A stretch of DNA of 1,253 nt, from NCBI GenBank assembly GCA_000004985.1, contig GG739475.1; one strand, written 5' to 3'. Both the position numbers and the translations under genes were made by a program. A model generated the notes under the pieces. It had not been told where the DNA came from. It made no database searches and saw nothing but the letters and a program-made list of their open reading frames with translations. The DNA comes from Naegleria gruberi. Lineage: Eukaryota. Positions 1-1,253 of the stretch are shown in pieces (the first letter of the stretch is position 1; every line of letters starts with the position of its first letter).

Positions 1-2
1 TT

Positions 3-164
3 CAAAACAAACAAAATGGTCAACTTTATTACTTAAATGTGGAAACAAATAATATTTCCAAATTTAAAGAAACATTTAATGTTATTCCAGTAATTAAAGT
101 TGACAATGGAAATGGTATAAATGTAACTATGGTTCATCCAGGAATGAAATTATTGTGTCTTTAA
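3..164 (+). CDS. Probable 3' end of a converging plus-strand CDS that continues upstream of the window. It has 53 codons (...QNKQNGQLYYLNVETNNISKFKETFNVIPVIKVDNGNGINVTMVHPGMKLLCL*), then a TAA stop at 162..164.
   Basis: Plus frame 3 is open from the window edge to the TAA at 162..164. By my rough estimate from base composition, the per-codon stop chance is about 0.09, so roughly 1% of random 53-codon frames would stay open. The other plus frames stop within about 17 codons. The fragment is Asn/Lys-rich like the neighbouring protein. An AATAAA begins at 163, overlapping the stop. Minus-strand frames here are also open for 35 to 38 codons, so the strand assignment is not certain. Confidence 0.4.
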   Translation, partial: QNKQNGQLYYLNVETNNISKFKETFNVIPVIKVDNGNGINVTMVHPGMKLLCL

Positions 165-168
165 TAAA
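163..168 (+). promoter_or_regulatory. AATAAA polyadenylation or positioning hexamer overlapping the stop of the plus-strand partial CDS.
   Basis: Exact AATAAA at 163..168, straight after the TAA at 162..164. The motif occurs often by chance in AT-rich DNA, so the support is weak. Confidence 0.3.
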
Positions 169-217
169 AAATGGTTATAATTTATCTCATTAACACCTCA
201 CAACACCATTCCCCCAT

Positions 218-243
218 TATAAATATTTATAAGTGGGCACGTG
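218..243 (+). promoter_or_regulatory. TATA-like element TATAAATA (218..225) followed by a CACGTG E-box (238..243). This is a candidate core promoter or UAS in the intergenic region.
   Basis: Exact TATAAATA and palindromic CACGTG (gggCACGTGata, bHLH or Cbf1/Pho4-type core) lie 13 bp apart, directly after a C/A-rich tract at 193..216. Their position between two converging 3' ends is odd for a promoter. They would fit an independent intergenic transcript. Confidence 0.25.
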
Positions 244-410
244 ATAATTAAGGATGGTTTTATTAAAAATAATTAATCCACTTGAAAAATCTCCCTGCAT
301 TTTTAGTTGGATTTATTAAAATTATTGTATCAGCTTAATAAATCTTTAAGGAGTTTCTTAAAAAACAAAAACACTAAACAACCATCCACTTTATTTTTTT
401 GCAGGGTTTG

Positions 411-420
411 CCATTAATGG
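411..420. promoter_or_regulatory. Perfect 10-bp palindrome CCATTAATGG. It matches the CArG / MADS-box (SRF/Mcm1-type) consensus CC(A/T)6GG and contains a palindromic ATTAAT homeodomain-type core.
   Basis: Read directly from the sequence. It is self-complementary over 10 bp, and GC-clamped A/T hexamers are uncommon. It sits 7 bp after the TGCAG|G motif at the start of the GC-richer island. A degenerate second copy, CCATTctAATGt, lies at 426..437. Confidence 0.3.
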
Positions 421-450
421 TGCGCCCATTCTAATGTGATGGTGGTGCCC
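417..450 (+). repeat. Imperfect direct repeat ATGGTG(C)GCCC ... ATGGTG(GT)GCCC with a 22-bp period. It is the GC-richest point of the intergenic region.
   Basis: 417..427 reads atggtgcgccc and 439..450 reads atggtggtgccc, separated by attctaatgtg. Local GC is above 60% inside an intergenic region of about 25% GC. Confidence 0.4.
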
Positions 451-682
451 TTTGAATTGTTTACGTATGATGACAATGATGGTAATTTATCTAATATTTG
501 AAGCAATTAGAGGAGTTTTAGAGTGTTCGGGTGTGTTAATTGTTGTAATATTTGCTATTAGTACGTTGAAAGAATCTGTCTTTGGAGAAGGAGTTTTGTT
601 TACTGAGGGAGTACAAGTGGATTTTCGAATTTTGCAATTTTGAAGAATAATTTAAAAGTGTATTGTAATAAGGAAAGCAATT

Positions 683-688
683 TTTATT
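683..688 (-). promoter_or_regulatory. AATAAA hexamer on the minus strand overlapping the stop codon of the secreted-protein gene.
   Basis: The minus strand reads TAAATAAAAA starting at the stop (plus 681..690). AATAAA occupies plus 683..688. A second minus-strand AATAAA lies at plus 391..396. Confidence 0.3.
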
Positions 689-1251
689 TAAACCTTAATA
701 AGAGAAGCAGAGACAGTGGAAGCTTGATTGAGTCCACTGATAGCATACAATGTGTGCCAACAATTGCTGGCTGGCCAAGTGAATACGAAACTTTGTCCAT
801 TATTAAGAGCTCCACTATTGATTACCTTTGTAGAATCTGAACAATCCAAATTGAATGAAAGACGCAATTGACCTCCCCCAGTTGTAATAGCAGTGAGATT
901 GTATGATTGACCTGCAATTGGCTTGGCCCAATTCAACTTGGCAAAACCAGTTCCATTACTATTGGTTTGAGTAACACGAGCACTCTTGGAAGGGAAAACT
1001 ACAGCTTGTTGATAAGTATCAAAAACTCCCAAAGCATCACCAGATTGCAAAGTCCATGGACCTCTCATTGACAACAAGTTTTGATTTTGTGAAAAAGTAA
1101 CTGGTTGACCATTACCATTCAACCAACTGGAGGCACTAACAAGAGGACGCAAAGCTTCTCTAATAGTTTGCAAATTCACTGGCTGCGGTGTTGCTCCAAC
1201 CACCAGGAGGATGCAAAGAGTAATTAGCTCCAATTTCAACATAGATTGCAT
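688..1251 (-). CDS. Secreted protein of unknown family. It is 187 aa with a predicted signal peptide, basic, S/T/N/Q/G-rich, with 2 Cys in the mature part. It may be N-terminally truncated by the window edge.
   Basis: Uninterrupted ATG-to-TAA ORF of 188 codons on the minus strand. The N-terminus MQSMLKLELITLCILLVVGA|TPQP has a hydrophobic core and a V-G-A (-3/-1) cleavage motif, roughly plus-strand 1192..1251. Codon bias is strong and consistent after the signal region: about 14 TTG and 0 TTA Leu codons, with CAA, CCA, GTT and ACT dominant. This is the coding-like bias of highly expressed genes and stands against an AT-rich background. N-glycosylation sequons NGT and NLT are present. The C-terminus ASTVSASLIKV is not hydrophobic, so no GPI signal is expected. 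Only about 6 acidic residues, so a glycoside hydrolase is unlikely. I could not assign a family by inspection. Confidence 0.8.
   Translation of the reverse strand: MQSMLKLELITLCILLVVGATPQPVNLQTIREALRPLVSASSWLNGNGQPVTFSQNQNLLSMRGPWTLQSGDALGVFDTYQQAVVFPSKSARVTQTNSNGTGFAKLNWAKPIAGQSYNLTAITTGGGQLRLSFNLDCSDSTKVINSGALNNGQSFVFTWPASNCWHTLYAISGLNQASTVSASLIKV
1192..1251 (-). other. Predicted signal-peptide coding segment of the secreted-protein ORF.
   Basis: n-region MQSM(L)K, h-region LELITLCILLVV, c-region GA with the -3,-1 rule satisfied (V-x-A), followed by TPQP. The second Met, at plus-strand 1240..1242, is an alternative start. Confidence 0.55.
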
Positions 1252-1253
1252 AA

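Noticed and set aside
193-216. C/A-rich tract acacctcacaacaccattccccca, considered as a telomere-like C1-3A or Rap1 site.
   Set aside because: It does not match the Rap1 consensus ACACCCRYACAYM, and the interspersed T residues break any telomeric repeat pattern. It is more likely a generic promoter-proximal pyrimidine/CA element, if functional at all.
347-353. Shine-Dalgarno-like TAAGGAG.
   Set aside because: No ATG, GTG or TTG-initiated ORF of any length follows within 5 to 12 nt. The locus otherwise looks eukaryotic.
280-390. Exact 8-mer repeat ATCCACTT at 280..287 and 383..390, each followed about 10 to 15 nt later by TGCA.
   Set aside because: Several exact 8-mer pairs are expected by chance in 1.25 kb. 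The surrounding alignment is poor.
434-469. ATGTGA (434..439) matching the ATNTGA upstream conserved sequence of yeast cytoplasmic linear-plasmid promoters, 28 nt before the ATG at 467.
   Set aside because: A degenerate hexamer is expected about twice by chance in this window. The codon usage of the main gene (TTG-rich) is unlike that of linear killer plasmids. The downstream ORF is not credible.
467-606. Possible box C/D snoRNA, with a C box ATGATGA at 467..473 and a CTGA D box at 603..606.
   Set aside because: The flanks (gtttacgt / gggagtac) cannot form the required terminal stem. There are no convincing internal C'/D' boxes. The 140-nt spacing and the two short motifs are easily produced by chance.
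620-636. tRNA T-loop-like ttttcgaatttt containing TTCGAA.
   Set aside because: It lacks the GG/CC flanks of GGTTCGAATCC and no acceptor or anticodon stem can be assembled around it. It is only a 6-bp palindrome.
452-643. ORF-track plus-strand ORF of 63 aa (MNCLRMMTMM...).
   Set aside because: It starts at TTG (452..454). The ORF track is using a bacterial start-codon table, while the locus looks eukaryotic. The first ATG is at 467, which gives a 59-aa hydrophobic peptide built from codons the neighbouring gene avoids (CGA, ACG, TCG, CTA, ATA, GTA). Chance alone can explain the open frame.
688-696. AAG|GTTTAA at the end of the minus-strand CDS, considered as a 5' splice donor that would join a downstream exon.
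   Set aside because: It is a poor donor (GTTTAA versus GTAAGT or GTATGT). The downstream open segment in the same frame has no matching acceptor. A plain stop followed by AATAAA is the simpler reading.
640-840. ORF-track plus-strand ORF of 66 aa (MKNNLKVYCN...).
   Set aside because: It also starts at TTG (640..642). It runs antisense through the well-supported minus-strand CDS and has no ATG start. This is a typical shadow ORF.

Overview
This is an AT-rich window that looks eukaryotic, for three reasons. There are no hairpin plus T-run terminators after either gene. The non-coding space between the two genes is about 520 bp. AATAAA hexamers sit at both stop codons. Codon usage in the main gene (TTG, CAA, CCA, GGT/GGA, GTT, AGA/CGT, no TTA) fits a budding yeast but also a plant or nematode, so I cannot fix the taxon. 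One gene is well supported: a minus-strand ORF at 688..1251. It encodes a 187-aa, basic, Ser/Thr/Asn/Gln/Gly-rich protein with a classic N-terminal signal peptide, two N-glycosylation sequons, and only two Cys in the mature part. It has no hydrophobic C-terminal tail, so it is probably soluble and secreted rather than GPI-anchored. I do not recognise its family. Its start ATG is the last complete codon at the window edge, so the true N-terminus may lie outside the window. On the plus strand, frame 3 is open for 53 codons from the window edge to a TAA at 162..164. This is probably the C-terminus of a converging upstream gene, which the ORF track missed because it contains no start. The ORF track evidently allows TTG starts (bacterial table). 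Its two plus-strand ORFs, 452..643 and 640..840, are TTG-start artefacts. The 165..687 intergenic region has two parts. Positions 165..400 are extremely AT-rich and carry TATAAATA plus a CACGTG E-box. Positions 400..650 are a G+T-skewed, higher-GC island that opens with a polypyrimidine-TGCAG|G acceptor-like motif. The island also holds a perfect 10-bp palindrome, CCATTAATGG (CArG-like), and a GC-rich imperfect direct repeat. I see no convincing second protein gene, RNA gene, mobile element or CRISPR array. The intergenic motifs are the only hint of an unannotated transcript, and the evidence for it is weak.
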